A stretch of DNA of 64,000 nt from an uncultured Planctomycetota bacterium (GCA_963845755.1 CAWJTV010000006.1:64001-128000); one strand, 5' to 3'. Positions 18,143 to 29,000 are shown, numbered from the stretch's first letter. Notes: generated by a model from the letters alone, not told the origin. A program made the numbers and translations.

Positions 18143-18667
18143 TCAGGTCGCAACCACGGCCGCTTCCCGGGTGCTCATGTCATAGCCGCCGCACCGTCGC
18201 AGGATGGCGGTCCCCTCGTCCGAGCGGCTGCCGGCATTGACGGTGACGATGGCCCGCCCGGCCTCGAATTCGCCGTGATAATACTTGGCTTCATGCTCGG
18301 GAATCCCGGCACCGACCAGGGCACCGACGAGTCCGGCGATCCCGGCTCCGGCGGCGGCGTTGGAGAGGATGACCCCCAAGGTCCCGGCCGCGATGGCGGG
18401 GCCGACGACGGGGATCACGCCCGCCAGGACTCCGAGGCCCGCCAGGGCACCCAATCCCAGGCCGGTCAAGGCCCCGGCCACGGCGCCCGATCCGGCATGC
18501 GAATTGTAGTCGGTGGCCGTGAGATCCCCTTCACCTTCGGCATGGCGCATCGCGACGCCGATTTGGCTCTGATCGAACCCGGCTTGGTGAAGCTCGGTGA
18601 TGGCTTGGTTGGCGTGGAGTCGGTCCTCGAACACGCCGACGACGGTAGAAGCTTTTGGAGTTTTCAT
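18143..18667 (-). CDS. General stress protein (YflT/17M-like, glycine zipper)
   Basis: TVVGVFEDR..A..AI.EL..AGF, IPVVGPAIAAG, GIPEHEAKYY. Confidence 0.85.
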   Translation of the reverse strand: MKTPKASTVVGVFEDRLHANQAITELHQAGFDQSQIGVAMRHAEGEGDLTATDYNSHAGSGAVAGALTGLGLGALAGLGVLAGVIPVVGPAIAAGTLGVILSNAAAGAGIAGLVGALVGAGIPEHEAKYYHGEFEAGRAIVTVNAGSRSDEGTAILRRCGGYDMSTREAAVVAT

Positions 18668-18854
18668 GACCGATTTAAGGAGCAAATCTCGGGCCGCCGA
18701 ATCGAGAAACGGCCATTAAATCTCGGTATTAGGTTGATTTTTTGATATCCACAAGCGGAATTCACGAAGTGATCGAGCTACGGCGGATCAGATATTAACC
18801 GGAAGCCGTCCAGGTTGCTGGACGGCCACCGGGCCGATGCTTTAGATTGGAGGA

Positions 18855-19196
18855 ATGGATACCAACGCCGAGTTCCCTGAACCGCTCCGGCATCAAGAGC
18901 GGTTCGCCGCGCGGCTCCGCCGCGCCACGGAAGGACTGGAAGAAGCCCGGCGCGAGCGGATCCGGGCCATTGTCGAAGCCTATCAGTCGGGGTTGTCCGT
19001 CGGTCAGATTGCGGCCGCCACCGGTCTCAGCTCGAGCCGGGCCCACCAGCTCCTCGGCTCGGCCGAGGCCCGCGAGATCCTCCGCCACCGCCAACGGTTG
19101 AAGGAGCCGGAGCCGCCGTCGAAGCGGCCGAGCAAGCGTGAAGAACGAGCGGCGGCGCGGGCCTTGCGGGATCTTCCGCCGTCGGAGCGGGACTGA
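18855..19196 (+). CDS. Small HTH protein, possibly a mobile-element remnant
   Basis: GLSVGQIAAATGLSSSRAHQLL helix-turn-helix. Confidence 0.55.
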   Translation: MDTNAEFPEPLRHQERFAARLRRATEGLEEARRERIRAIVEAYQSGLSVGQIAAATGLSSSRAHQLLGSAEAREILRHRQRLKEPEPPSKRPSKREERAAARALRDLPPSERD

Positions 19197-19491
19197 ACGA
19201 GCGCGGTTCCTGCTCCGTCTTGTCGCGAGTGAATCGATGCCTTCGCTTAAATTCTCAATCACCCTAACGCGGCGGAGCCGCAACCAAAGAGGGAAGCGGA
19301 TCACGCGCAGATCAGATCCGGATCAGAATGGACCACGGATCACACGGAACTGAAAATCCATCGCGACATCGCTCACATCGCTAGGGTCCGTCGCAACCGG
19401 GGTCCATTCGCCGCAACCAAGAAGAATGGGAAGAACGGCGTTCTCCCGTCAGAATGGGATTGGAAACGGCCCTATCCCGAAGGAGAACGCC

Positions 19492-21039
19492 ATGAAGACG
19501 CTGTCGCGCTTCGTCACCAAGTTTACCAGCTTGATCGTCGCCGTGCTCTCGTGTTTTGATCGCGTCCTCTTCAAGGGCTATCTGCCCTTCACCAACGGGC
19601 CGGCCCTCGAAGGCTTCGTCAACCACGTCCTCAAGATCAAGCGTTGCGACTTCATGGCCTTCGCCGAGAAGCAGTCCGAGGCCCTGGTCAACTTCGCCAA
19701 GCGGATGGCCCAGGAGGCCGGCGCCGAATACCGCTATCTTCAGGGCTTCCACCGCAAGGACAAACTGGTCGATGACATCCTCCGACAACGACCGATCTTC
19801 GAAGGCTTGGTCTGCGTCTTCTGTTGCATGGAATGCTGCACCAGCTTTCGGTTGGTTCACGGCAAGGATCGCCCCCGCCTGGTCAATGCACGCCGGCAAC
19901 AGCGCGTCTTGTACTTCTACTTCCTCGATCCGGACTTGGGCCTGATCTACATCCGGCTGACGACCTGGTTCCCGTTCACTGCCCAGGTCTACGTCAACGG
20001 CCACTCCTGGCTGGAAAAGCAGCTACTCCAACAGCGGCTGGGATTCGATCTGAAAGACAATGCCTTCACGGCCCTGGACGATCCCACGGCCGCCCAGGAG
20101 TTGGCCGATTCGTTCGCCCAGTTGAACTGGGCCAAGATCCTCAACCGCCTGGTGCGCCAGGTCAATCCTTTGATGAACGAGCGGTGGTTTCGCAGCTACA
20201 GCTATTATGGGGTCGTCAACCAAGCCGAGTATGCCACCGACTTGATCTTCACCGGCCGCGAGGCGTTGGCTGGTCTTTATCCGCGGCTGCTGGACCACGC
20301 CGCGGTCAACTTCTCGGCGAAAGAGATCTTGAGTTTCCTGGGGCGGAGATTCCATCCGCGGTTCGAGGGGGAGGTGCTGACGGATTGCCAGAAGGGTCGT
20401 TGGCCCGGGGCGCGAATCAAGCACCGGATGAAGAACAATTGGCTGAAGATGTACGACAAATTCGGCTGGGTGCTGCGGATCGAGACGGTGATCAATAACC
20501 CGTCCGAGTTTCGGGTGCGGCGGCTACGGCCCCGTCAAGGGCGCCGGGAGATGGTCTGGTGCCCGATGAACAAAGGGGTGATCAACCTGTATCGCTACCG
20601 CGAGGTGGCATTGGCGTCGAACCGCCGCTACCTGGACGCGTTGGCGGTGGTGGACGATCCGGCGCCGGCTTATCGACAGGTCGAGGAGCTGACCGAACCG
20701 GTGGTGGTCTCCGGGCGAAGTCATGCCGGGTTCAACCCGGCCAGCGCCGGAGACGTGAAGTGGTTCCAGGCGGTGCTCCGGGGCGAGAACTTGCTGCGTG
20801 GCTTCCGCAACGCCGACATCCGAGAGGCGGTGTACGGCTCGACCGAGGATGCCGGGGAGCGGCGTCGCCAAAGCCACGCGGTAGGTCGCCTGCTGAAGCG
20901 ATTGCACGTGCGCGGGTTGATTGTGAAGGTGCCTCACAGCCATCGGTGGCACGTCAGCCCGAAGGGGCATCAGATGCTCGGTGCCATCGTGCGGTTGTAC
21001 CATGATGGAGTCCCGGCAGCGGTCGGTCGAGCGGCGTAA
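19492..21039 (+). CDS. Putative transposase/replicase A (Rep_trans-like core + wHTH)
   Basis: SCFDRVLFKG, YFYFLDPDLG, VNGHSW, QAEYATD, LKMYDK...LRIETVIN, LKRLHVRGLI; AAGGAG RBS. Confidence 0.8.
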   Translation: MKTLSRFVTKFTSLIVAVLSCFDRVLFKGYLPFTNGPALEGFVNHVLKIKRCDFMAFAEKQSEALVNFAKRMAQEAGAEYRYLQGFHRKDKLVDDILRQRPIFEGLVCVFCCMECCTSFRLVHGKDRPRLVNARRQQRVLYFYFLDPDLGLIYIRLTTWFPFTAQVYVNGHSWLEKQLLQQRLGFDLKDNAFTALDDPTAAQELADSFAQLNWAKILNRLVRQVNPLMNERWFRSYSYYGVVNQAEYATDLIFTGREALAGLYPRLLDHAAVNFSAKEILSFLGRRFHPRFEGEVLTDCQKGRWPGARIKHRMKNNWLKMYDKFGWVLRIETVINNPSEFRVRRLRPRQGRREMVWCPMNKGVINLYRYREVALASNRRYLDALAVVDDPAPAYRQVEELTEPVVVSGRSHAGFNPASAGDVKWFQAVLRGENLLRGFRNADIREAVYGSTEDAGERRRQSHAVGRLLKRLHVRGLIVKVPHSHRWHVSPKGHQMLGAIVRLYHDGVPAAVGRAA

Positions 21040-21183
21040 ACCGCCGAAACATGCGCGCACGGCGCAGAGATCCTACGGAGGTAGACTCTACGCTTTTTCG
21101 GGACTGCGCCGAAAAAGTGGCCCCTGCGGGGCAGTTGTCCGGCTATCATGACGCGCTGCACCTTGTGACGCAGGAGCCCTCCG

Positions 21184-22971
21184 ATGATCCTTCCTCCGCC
21201 GGGGCACCAATCGGTTCCCAAGCCCAAACCCAGGCGTCTTCCTCCACAGGGACCCAAGCGACCCAACCCCAAGTCCCATCGTCGGCGTCGGCCCAAGCCG
21301 GACCCGACTCTCTTCGGTCCCGATCCCTTGAGTCGGCATTATGCCTCCCGGCTCGAAGGCGTCTACGATTGCATCGATCGGCTGACCATCAACGCCTACT
21401 TCCCGATCGCGCAGACTCCGGGAGGTTTTCGCACCTGGTGGCGCGACCTGTTCGACTCGGACGACCATCTCGACAATACCCACCTGATGCGCCTGGCAGG
21501 CCGGTTCAGCCGCCGCATGCGGGGCTGGGCCAAGAAGCACGGGATTCCGGTGATCGACTGTCGCGCCGGCGAACGGAAGCATGAGATCGGCGAACAGTAC
21601 CTGCCCACCGATCCCACGCGCACGGGGATCTTCTGTGTCTTGGTCAACCGCGCCCCGGCCCCCATCTGGGACGTGCAACGCTACGGCAACGACGGGATCA
21701 ACCTCCGCCGCAAGGAGCCGTTCCCTTACGTCAATCACTACTTCTTTCATATCTGGGATGCCGACTGGGGACATCTGACCGTCCGCATGTGCGGCCACCC
21801 TCCCTTCGGCGCCCTGGTCATCCTCAACGGCCATGAATACGTGGCCAACCAGGCGACGCGGCAAGGAATCCGCTTCACCAAGGAAGGTAACTGCTTCACC
21901 GATTGGGACAATGCCGCAGACCTGAACCAGCTCGCAGATACCTTGCGCCAAGCTGGCGCGATAGGGCGGCTGGAACAGGTCCTGCGGTATTGGCTGTCTC
22001 AGTGCCTCTGTCTGGCCTTGGATGTGGCCGAACAGAAGAAGATGCACTGCCAGTACGCGTTCTCGATCTATCAGGTCGAGTACAGCCGCAACCTGCTGTT
22101 CCGGGGTGGTCGGGATCTGGAAACGGCCTTTCAGGGCCTGATCGATCGCACCCGAGCCCAGTTGGATCTCAAGAGGGTGATCACGATCTTCGGTTACAAG
22201 CACCGCCCCAACACCCGGGAACGGACCAAGCGCGACCCTCGTTTGCAAGTCGTGACCGAGAGACCTACGTATGATCTGACGGTGTTCAAGATCCACTGCG
22301 GGAGCTTGACCCTGAAGATGTATACCAAAGGCGGCCGCGTCTGGCGGACGGAGGTGATCGTGCACAACCTTCGAGATCAACAGCATTGGCATCGCTCGCT
22401 GTGGGCGTTGCCGGAGATCGCGGGGCACTTGAGGGACATCCTGGAGCGGTTCCTGGCGGTGGTCCGGTGCGTGGACGCCGCCACGCTGGATGATGGGACG
22501 TTGGAAGCGTTGCTCTTGCCCTCGCAGGTGGGTCGCAGCCGCGTGGCGGGGATCGATGTGAATCGCCCGCGGATGGTGGCCGTGTTGCAGGCGGTGGTGA
22601 TGTTGTCGAGTCGTCCCGGTGGCCTGGTCAGCCGAGAGCTGGCGGCCCAAGTTCGGGATCTGACGGGTCAGAGCGAGGCGGAGTACGGTCCACGACAGGC
22701 GTCGTACGACCTGAAGAAGCTGCGGGCCAAGGGGTTGGTGGAGCGTGTGCAGAAGTCGCGGCGTTACGCGGCCACGGAGTCGGGTCTTCGGACGATGGCC
22801 GCGGTGGGAATCGTGCGTGAGCAGGTGCTCAAACCGATTCTGGCCAAGGCGTGTCAGCCCGAATCCGATCCCCCGCTCCCCCTCGAGAATCGCGGCCCGT
22901 TGGAGAATCATTATCAAGCCATCCAAGACGAAGTCCGCAAGCTGTTGCAGACCCTCAAAGTACCGGCGTAG
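21184..22971 (+). CDS. Putative transposase/replicase B (same family)
   Basis: DCIDRLTINA, YFFHIWDADWG, LNGHEY, QVEYSRN, LKMYTK...WRTEVIVH, YDLKKLRAKGLV. Confidence 0.8.
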   Translation: MILPPPGHQSVPKPKPRRLPPQGPKRPNPKSHRRRRPKPDPTLFGPDPLSRHYASRLEGVYDCIDRLTINAYFPIAQTPGGFRTWWRDLFDSDDHLDNTHLMRLAGRFSRRMRGWAKKHGIPVIDCRAGERKHEIGEQYLPTDPTRTGIFCVLVNRAPAPIWDVQRYGNDGINLRRKEPFPYVNHYFFHIWDADWGHLTVRMCGHPPFGALVILNGHEYVANQATRQGIRFTKEGNCFTDWDNAADLNQLADTLRQAGAIGRLEQVLRYWLSQCLCLALDVAEQKKMHCQYAFSIYQVEYSRNLLFRGGRDLETAFQGLIDRTRAQLDLKRVITIFGYKHRPNTRERTKRDPRLQVVTERPTYDLTVFKIHCGSLTLKMYTKGGRVWRTEVIVHNLRDQQHWHRSLWALPEIAGHLRDILERFLAVVRCVDAATLDDGTLEALLLPSQVGRSRVAGIDVNRPRMVAVLQAVVMLSSRPGGLVSRELAAQVRDLTGQSEAEYGPRQASYDLKKLRAKGLVERVQKSRRYAATESGLRTMAAVGIVREQVLKPILAKACQPESDPPLPLENRGPLENHYQAIQDEVRKLLQTLKVPA

Positions 22972-23208
22972 AAACATCGACAACAAATTGTCGATGCCCG
23001 GCCCATAAGGGCCTAGCGAGGCTTCGCCTCTAACCAACTGACGCATGAAGACCGGGCTCTGGGCAAAGGGCTCCGGGGAGTCGAAAACAGAGGCAATGCC
23101 CCCGTTCCTGAAACCGCTGAGCGGTTGGTGGTCCTTCGGACCCAACCCCCGGAGCCCGTTATGAGTTTACAACACGTCGCCTCCGACGTCACTGGCCGCA
23201 AGTCGGCC

Positions 23209-24817
23209 ATGAGCTGGCCGCGCACCATCGCCGAAGTCATCGACCACCACGTGACGCTCGAACTGGAATCCCTGGATCGGGTCTATCTCAACATTTACCA
23301 GCCTCAGCTCCAAACGCCTCGGGCCGTGTTCTACTTCCTCCGCGACCATTATGGGCAGGGTGCGATCTCATCCCATCAGATGAAGGAAATCACCGAGCGA
23401 TTCCTCGACGCGATCGACCAATTTGCGGAGGACGATCAGATCCCGATCATCAGCTTCGAGAAGGGTCGGCGCAAAGAAGACCTGGCGGCCGAGTACCTGG
23501 CTCAATTCTCCGAGACCGAGGGCGTGCTCTTCATCGGAAAGGCTCAGGAGAAGGCCAGGACCTTCCGCACCGAAGGTCGGCGCAATGCCCGTGGGGAGAC
23601 CTACCCTTGGATCGTCGAATCCACCGCGATGATCAATCAATATGACTTCTATGCCGTTGACGCCGACTTCGGGCTGTTCTTCCTCAAGTACAGCTCGTAC
23701 TTCCCCTACGGGGCCAAGCTGTGTTTCAACGGCCATGAATATCTCAAACGTCAACTCGCCAAGGAGGGGATCGGCTACGAGGAATTGGCCAACGGGATCT
23801 TGAGCTGCGCCAACCCCCAGCGGATGCAGGAGTTGGCCGACAGTTTGACGCCGGCGCGGATCCTCTTGTTCTTGAGCAAATGGCAGAACCATCTCCCCGG
23901 TCCGTTCACCGTGGACCAGCAGCGGGCCGGGTATCGTTATCAGGCCTCGATGAGTCAGGTGGAGTTTGCCCGCACTCAGGTCTTTGATCGACCGGTGCAT
24001 GGCCGGATCTTCTTCGAGGAGGTGCTCCGCGAGAACATCGACCTGGGGCGTCCCGACAACCTGCAGCTCATCTTCCAGCGGCGCGTGATCAAGACGACGC
24101 CGGGTCCGTTCCGCACCCGCGTGGTGCGCGAGGGGGTCATCCCGTCGCTGTACGTGGACTATAAGACGAGTCGTCTGAAACAGTATTTCAAAGAAGGCCG
24201 TGCGTTGCGGACGGAGCTGACCGTCAACGATGCCGGGGAGTTCGGCCTGGGTCGGAAGCTGGAGAATCTTCCCGCGTTGCGGGAGTTGGGCTTTCAAGCC
24301 ACACGACGGCTATTGGACGTCGAGAAGACCAGCCAAGACTTCGCCTTCTCCGAGGCGGTGTTCCGGGAAGTGACCGGTCCGTGCCGCGTGGGCGAACAAC
24401 GGGCGTCGGCCTTGCGGTTCAGTGACGAGCTGGTGCAGGCGTTGTTGAGCGTGTTGTTGGTGCTGCGGCTGTTGCCCCGGGGATTTCGCAGTGGTGATCT
24501 GCGGGAGCATCTGGCTTCACTGCTGGGGGTTGATCCCAGCCAATGGACCCAGGGCCGGCTGACGTACCAACTCCGCCGCTTGCGTCTGCACGGCCTGATT
24601 GAACGCGCCCCCGCATCCCATCGCTACACGGTGACCGCCAAGGGGCTCCGGGTGGCGATGTGGTTCACGCGGTGTCATGCGCGGTTGTTCCGGCCGGCAC
24701 TCGGGGAGATCTTCGCGGAAGAGTTCCCCGACGGCACTCCGCTGCGCCGCGCTGGACCGTTTCGATCGAGAGGTGAACCGACATATAGAGAAAGCAAAAG
24801 TTCCTGTGGCAGCTTGA
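23209..24817 (+). CDS. Putative transposase/replicase C (same family; frameshift near 24750)
   Basis: ESLDRVYLN, FYAVDADFG, FNGHEY, QVEFART, LKQYFK...LRTELTVN, YQLRRLRLHGLI; alternative frame ends ..LDRFDREVNRHIEKAKVPVAA*. Confidence 0.8.
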
Positions 24818-24857
24818 TCCAAAAACTTGACTCAAGTGCGCCAAATCTTCTCCTTAA

Positions 24858-25770
24858 GAGCAGCTCGGAAAAAATGAGTTCACTGGCCCAGGAGCCTCAA
24901 ACAGATCAAGGAACATGCTAACTTGAGGAACGCGTCTTGAATCTCGGTGAGCCGATCCAAACGGCGGCGCAGCCGGCCGAAGGAGTGCAGCCACGCGATG
25001 GTCCGCTCTACGTACCAGCGGGACTTGCCCAAACCGCTGCCGTGCTCCGTATTGCGGGCCGCCAGCACCGGCGTGGTCCCCCGGCCGCGCAAACCCTGCC
25101 GCACCGGTTCCGAGTCGTAGCCCCGATCCCCCTGCAAGCGGTCGGGCTTCTGCCGCTTCGGCCCCGGCTTGCCGCCCACCGGCGGCATGTCGTCGAGCGT
25201 CGTGAAGACCTGGGTGATCTCGGGGACGTTGGCGGCGGTCACCGTCGCCGCCAGCGGCACGCCTTGGGCGTCGGTCATCACGTGGTGCTTGCTGCCGGAT
25301 TTGCTCCGGTCCGTCGGATTCGGGCCGGTATCCTCGCCCCCTTCCGGGGCCTTGGCGAAGGAGGCGTCGATCAGCGCCCGCTCCCAGTCGATCGCGTCAG
25401 CGCCGCCGTCGAGCTCGGCCAGCAAGACGGCGTGCAACTGGCGCCAGACACCGGCCTGCTGCCACGCCTGCAGGTAGGACCGGCAGGTCTTGCCGCAGCC
25501 GCAGCCGAGGTCGGCGGGCAAGTCGTCCCAGGCGATGCCGGTCTTGAGCACGAACAAGATGCCGGTGAGGATCTTGCGGTAGTCCAGGGGTTTGCGTCCC
25601 GGGAAGCGGAAGCGGCGCGGAGGCGGGGGTGGCAGCAAGGGCTCCAGGCGCTTCCACAGCGCATCGGAGACAAGGGGTTTCATGGTGGTCCTCCTTCGGT
25701 TCGGGAGATCACTCTCCGAAGGACTCAAGAGCAGACAGCGTGCCAGTGGATTCATTTTTTCCGAGCGCCT
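24858..25770 (-). mobile_element. IS5-family insertion sequence
   Basis: Imperfect TIR containing GCTCGGAAAAAATGA..CACTGGC; TAA duplication at 24855-24857 / 25771-25773. Confidence 0.85.
24880..25683 (-). CDS. IS5-family transposase
   Basis: ILFVLKTGIAW.DLP, IDAS, GPNPTDR, GDRGYD, RWYVERTIAWL. Confidence 0.92.
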   Translation of the reverse strand: MKPLVSDALWKRLEPLLPPPPPRRFRFPGRKPLDYRKILTGILFVLKTGIAWDDLPADLGCGCGKTCRSYLQAWQQAGVWRQLHAVLLAELDGGADAIDWERALIDASFAKAPEGGEDTGPNPTDRSKSGSKHHVMTDAQGVPLAATVTAANVPEITQVFTTLDDMPPVGGKPGPKRQKPDRLQGDRGYDSEPVRQGLRGRGTTPVLAARNTEHGSGLGKSRWYVERTIAWLHSFGRLRRRLDRLTEIQDAFLKLACSLICLRLLGQ

Positions 25771-26085
25771 TAAAGGGGTCTAAGTGGCTTCGGTCGATCA
25801 GACCGAGGCAGTTCCGCATCCTGCATTTGACGTGCATTGGGCTAGGGGCTCCCGGAACCGGACTGGTGCGTTGTTTCTCGAGGTGCTTTCCCTTAGAATC
25901 GGCGTGGCGAGGGCCGTGGATACGCAAGGATCCGGCCTCGACCGCCAGGATGCGGCGCCCGAGCCCCCGTTTCGCCCTTTACGCCGATTCAGGCTGTCGT
26001 CGTCAACGCGGACGAGCTGGGCCTGGCCGAAGGCACACTGTTGTGCGTCGGCAGCAGACCGGCTCCGACGACTGGAGATCCTTTC

Positions 26086-29000
26086 ATGCGGTTGGCTTCC
26101 CGCTCTCGCCCCGGGGCGTCCCGTCGCAACAACCCGCCGGCACGGTGGCGCAAGTCACCTTCCTGCAAGCCCGACCGGGTGCATTTCCCGCGGTGGGAAC
26201 GGCTGGAGGACCGGTTGTGCCCGTCCACCAACTATGTCGTGGTGGCCCAGACGGGAGACACGCCGGTTCCGGCCGACGGCTCGGGACCCGGCGAACCCCT
26301 GACGCAAGTATCCTCGGCGTCGGTCAATGATTCAGCAGCCGTTGCCTTCCTCGGGGTTTCCGACTCCGGCTTCGGACTGGTGGACGAAGCGACGTCCGGC
26401 GCGGATGGGTCGGTCGACCTCTCGGCCCTGAGCTACGGCAATCGGGATTCCGGCTCTCCCCAGATCGACGACAGCGGCGACGTCATCGCGACGGACTCGG
26501 TCACCACGGAGAGTGTTTCCCAGCCATTCCTGCTCGACTCGTACATTCGGACGTGGCGGCCGGACGGCACCGATGGCTCGGGGCCTCTCGCCCACGGTTC
26601 CGCCGATTCGGTCACGCTTTCCGCGGGCAGCGACGTCGTCCTCCAGCCGACCATCTCGCCCGACGGTACGCAGTTTGCGTATGAGGACGTGACCTGGAAT
26701 GAATTGGATCTGTACATCGATGGCCACCAGGTTCCGGGGTTTTCCGCACTGTCCGGTGGCGCGGCGCTCACCGTGAGCACGCCGGGGCTCCCGGCCGTGA
26801 TCGCCAACGATGGTGCCGTCGTCGTCAACTATCAAAACGCGATCGAAGTCTTCCAGCTCGGCCAATCCCCCGTCACGATCGCCGGCGCGTACATGGGATT
26901 TTCCGGCCTGAATACCAGCCCGGGGATCAGTGCCGACGGCCAGATCGTCGTGTTTTCCGGAGACCTGACCGCCGCCGGGGCCGCCGCACTGAACGCGGCG
27001 CAACCCGGGTTTGCGCCGCTCGAGCCAGGGCCCGGTGTGTTCGCCAGCATCGCAAATCCGTCGGGCGGACGGATCCTCGTCCAGGTCGCCGACGTGGCGG
27101 ACTCCGGGAATGATATCGCCAGCTTTAGCGCGTATGATCAGGTCGGTGTCAGTCCCGTCCCCACGGGGACCTCCGATGGGGAATCGTCGGTCCCGGTGAC
27201 CTACGTCGCCTCCAACGCCTCGGGCGACAAGGAACTCTATGCCAGTCCCCTCGAATTCCAGCTCACGAATGGTTCGGTCGACCTGACGGATCCGACCACC
27301 CTCAAGGTCTCACCGCCTGAACTGCTCCTCGCCGAGGGCGACATGATCGACGGCGTCTCCGGTACGGTCGATGCGCGCTCTTCGTCACGGATTCTCCGAA
27401 CGGAAATGACCAGATCGCCGCCTCGGTGGAAACCGGCTCCGGAGCCCAGGCGGTCCTGCGCGTTTCGCTGCCGGACGTCACGATCGACTCGGTGAAGACC
27501 ACGGACTCGCGAGAAGCCATCGTCGATTACGACATCAACAACCCGGACCTGACGCAGCCCTTCTACATCCAGATTTACCGCTCCGACCAACCCACGTTCG
27601 AGAGCGACGATCCCAACAACGTGGCGGTGGGGCAGCCGTACGCGGTCACCAACTTGCAACCAGGGCACCCTCAGACGCCTCCTTCCATCGACCTGAGTCA
27701 ACAGAATAGTAACTGGGGGGCACAAGGAACCAGTCAACCGGGACAAGACAACCTGATCCTGCCCTTGGCCCCGGACCCGAGCCTTCCCTACGTCCTTGCC
27801 GTGGTGGTGGATGCTCAGGGGAAGGTACCGGCCAACTTAACGACCTACGACAGTCGAGCTCATTTCAAGATCTGGGTCATCGCCGACGTAACCTATGGAT
27901 TCCAGATCACGAGCACGCCGCCGGATTGGCCCCAGCAGATGGCCGCCGCGCTCCAGGGCTTCTTGCCCGCGGGCGCGGACTACGCTTCGGCGGCATCGCC
28001 TTCAACTGGAACAGCAGCCTGTTGTCGGGGACGGGCCAAGCGGTCATCGGCGGGCACCGGCTCTACCAGCAGATCCTGGGACAAGCCGACGCGCTCAACG
28101 CCCAGCTCGGGACCAACGACGTCATCGACGTCCACCTCATCGGCCACAGCCGGGGATCGGCAGTGATCGGCCAGGCGATGCAAGACCTGGTGAACCAGCG
28201 CTCTCCCGAGGAGCCGGCCCTCCAGGAGGGATACTATAAGCTGACCTTTCTGGATCCCCACCCGGCGAATATCCATACGTCCGTTGACGTCAGCATGGCC
28301 GCTCCGCCGCCCTTCGCCCTGGCCGCGCTCCTCATCTATTCGATTCGCAGCACCGCCTATAATGACCCGTCCGTGACTGTTCCCAGCCGGGTCAACCAGG
28401 TGGAGGACTTATACCAGCAGAACTCCAACCTCGAGATCTTGACGACTTGCCCGTCCTGCCTCGTGCCCGATGGGGATTGGAAAGAGGCGTTCTTCAATCT
28501 CCAGGGAGATCCAACACAGATCCAGATCCAAGACCCGACGAAGACCGTCAACGCGCAATACAACCTGAGCCCCCTGGGCCTTGGGCACAGCAACGTCTGG
28601 GAATGGTATCGGGATCACGTCATACAGACCCTCGGCACCGGGGCGGCGCCACCGTTTCCCGCCTCGTCGGGAGGCTCGGCTCCCCCGCCCGGTAACCTGA
28701 ACTTGCAGCAACTCCTCTATCCCCAGTACATCGACGCTCAGGACGAAGCGACCGCGCTGGCCGGTGACCTGACGATGGCCAGCACCGACCTGGACCAGGG
28801 TAACTACTCGCAATCGATCGGCGTCTTGCAGACGTTCGTCGGTGCCGTCGGGGCGGCGCCGGCGGCGGACTTCACCCAGAATTCCGCCGGTGTCCTTGTC
28901 TCGATCGTCCAGGGACTCATCGGCGACCTCGGTTCCACGGACATCGCCAACGTCAACAGTTCCACGGCCCAGGGCCCGAATGCCACGGCGACCGTGGCGG

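Noticed and set aside
21088..23145. 685-aa minus-strand ORF
   Set aside because: Antisense shadow of element B in high-GC DNA; no motifs
19492..24817. Calling the three ORFs MarR regulators or Cas proteins
   Set aside because: The wHTH is only the C-terminal part of each protein; no Cas motifs or CRISPR repeats are present
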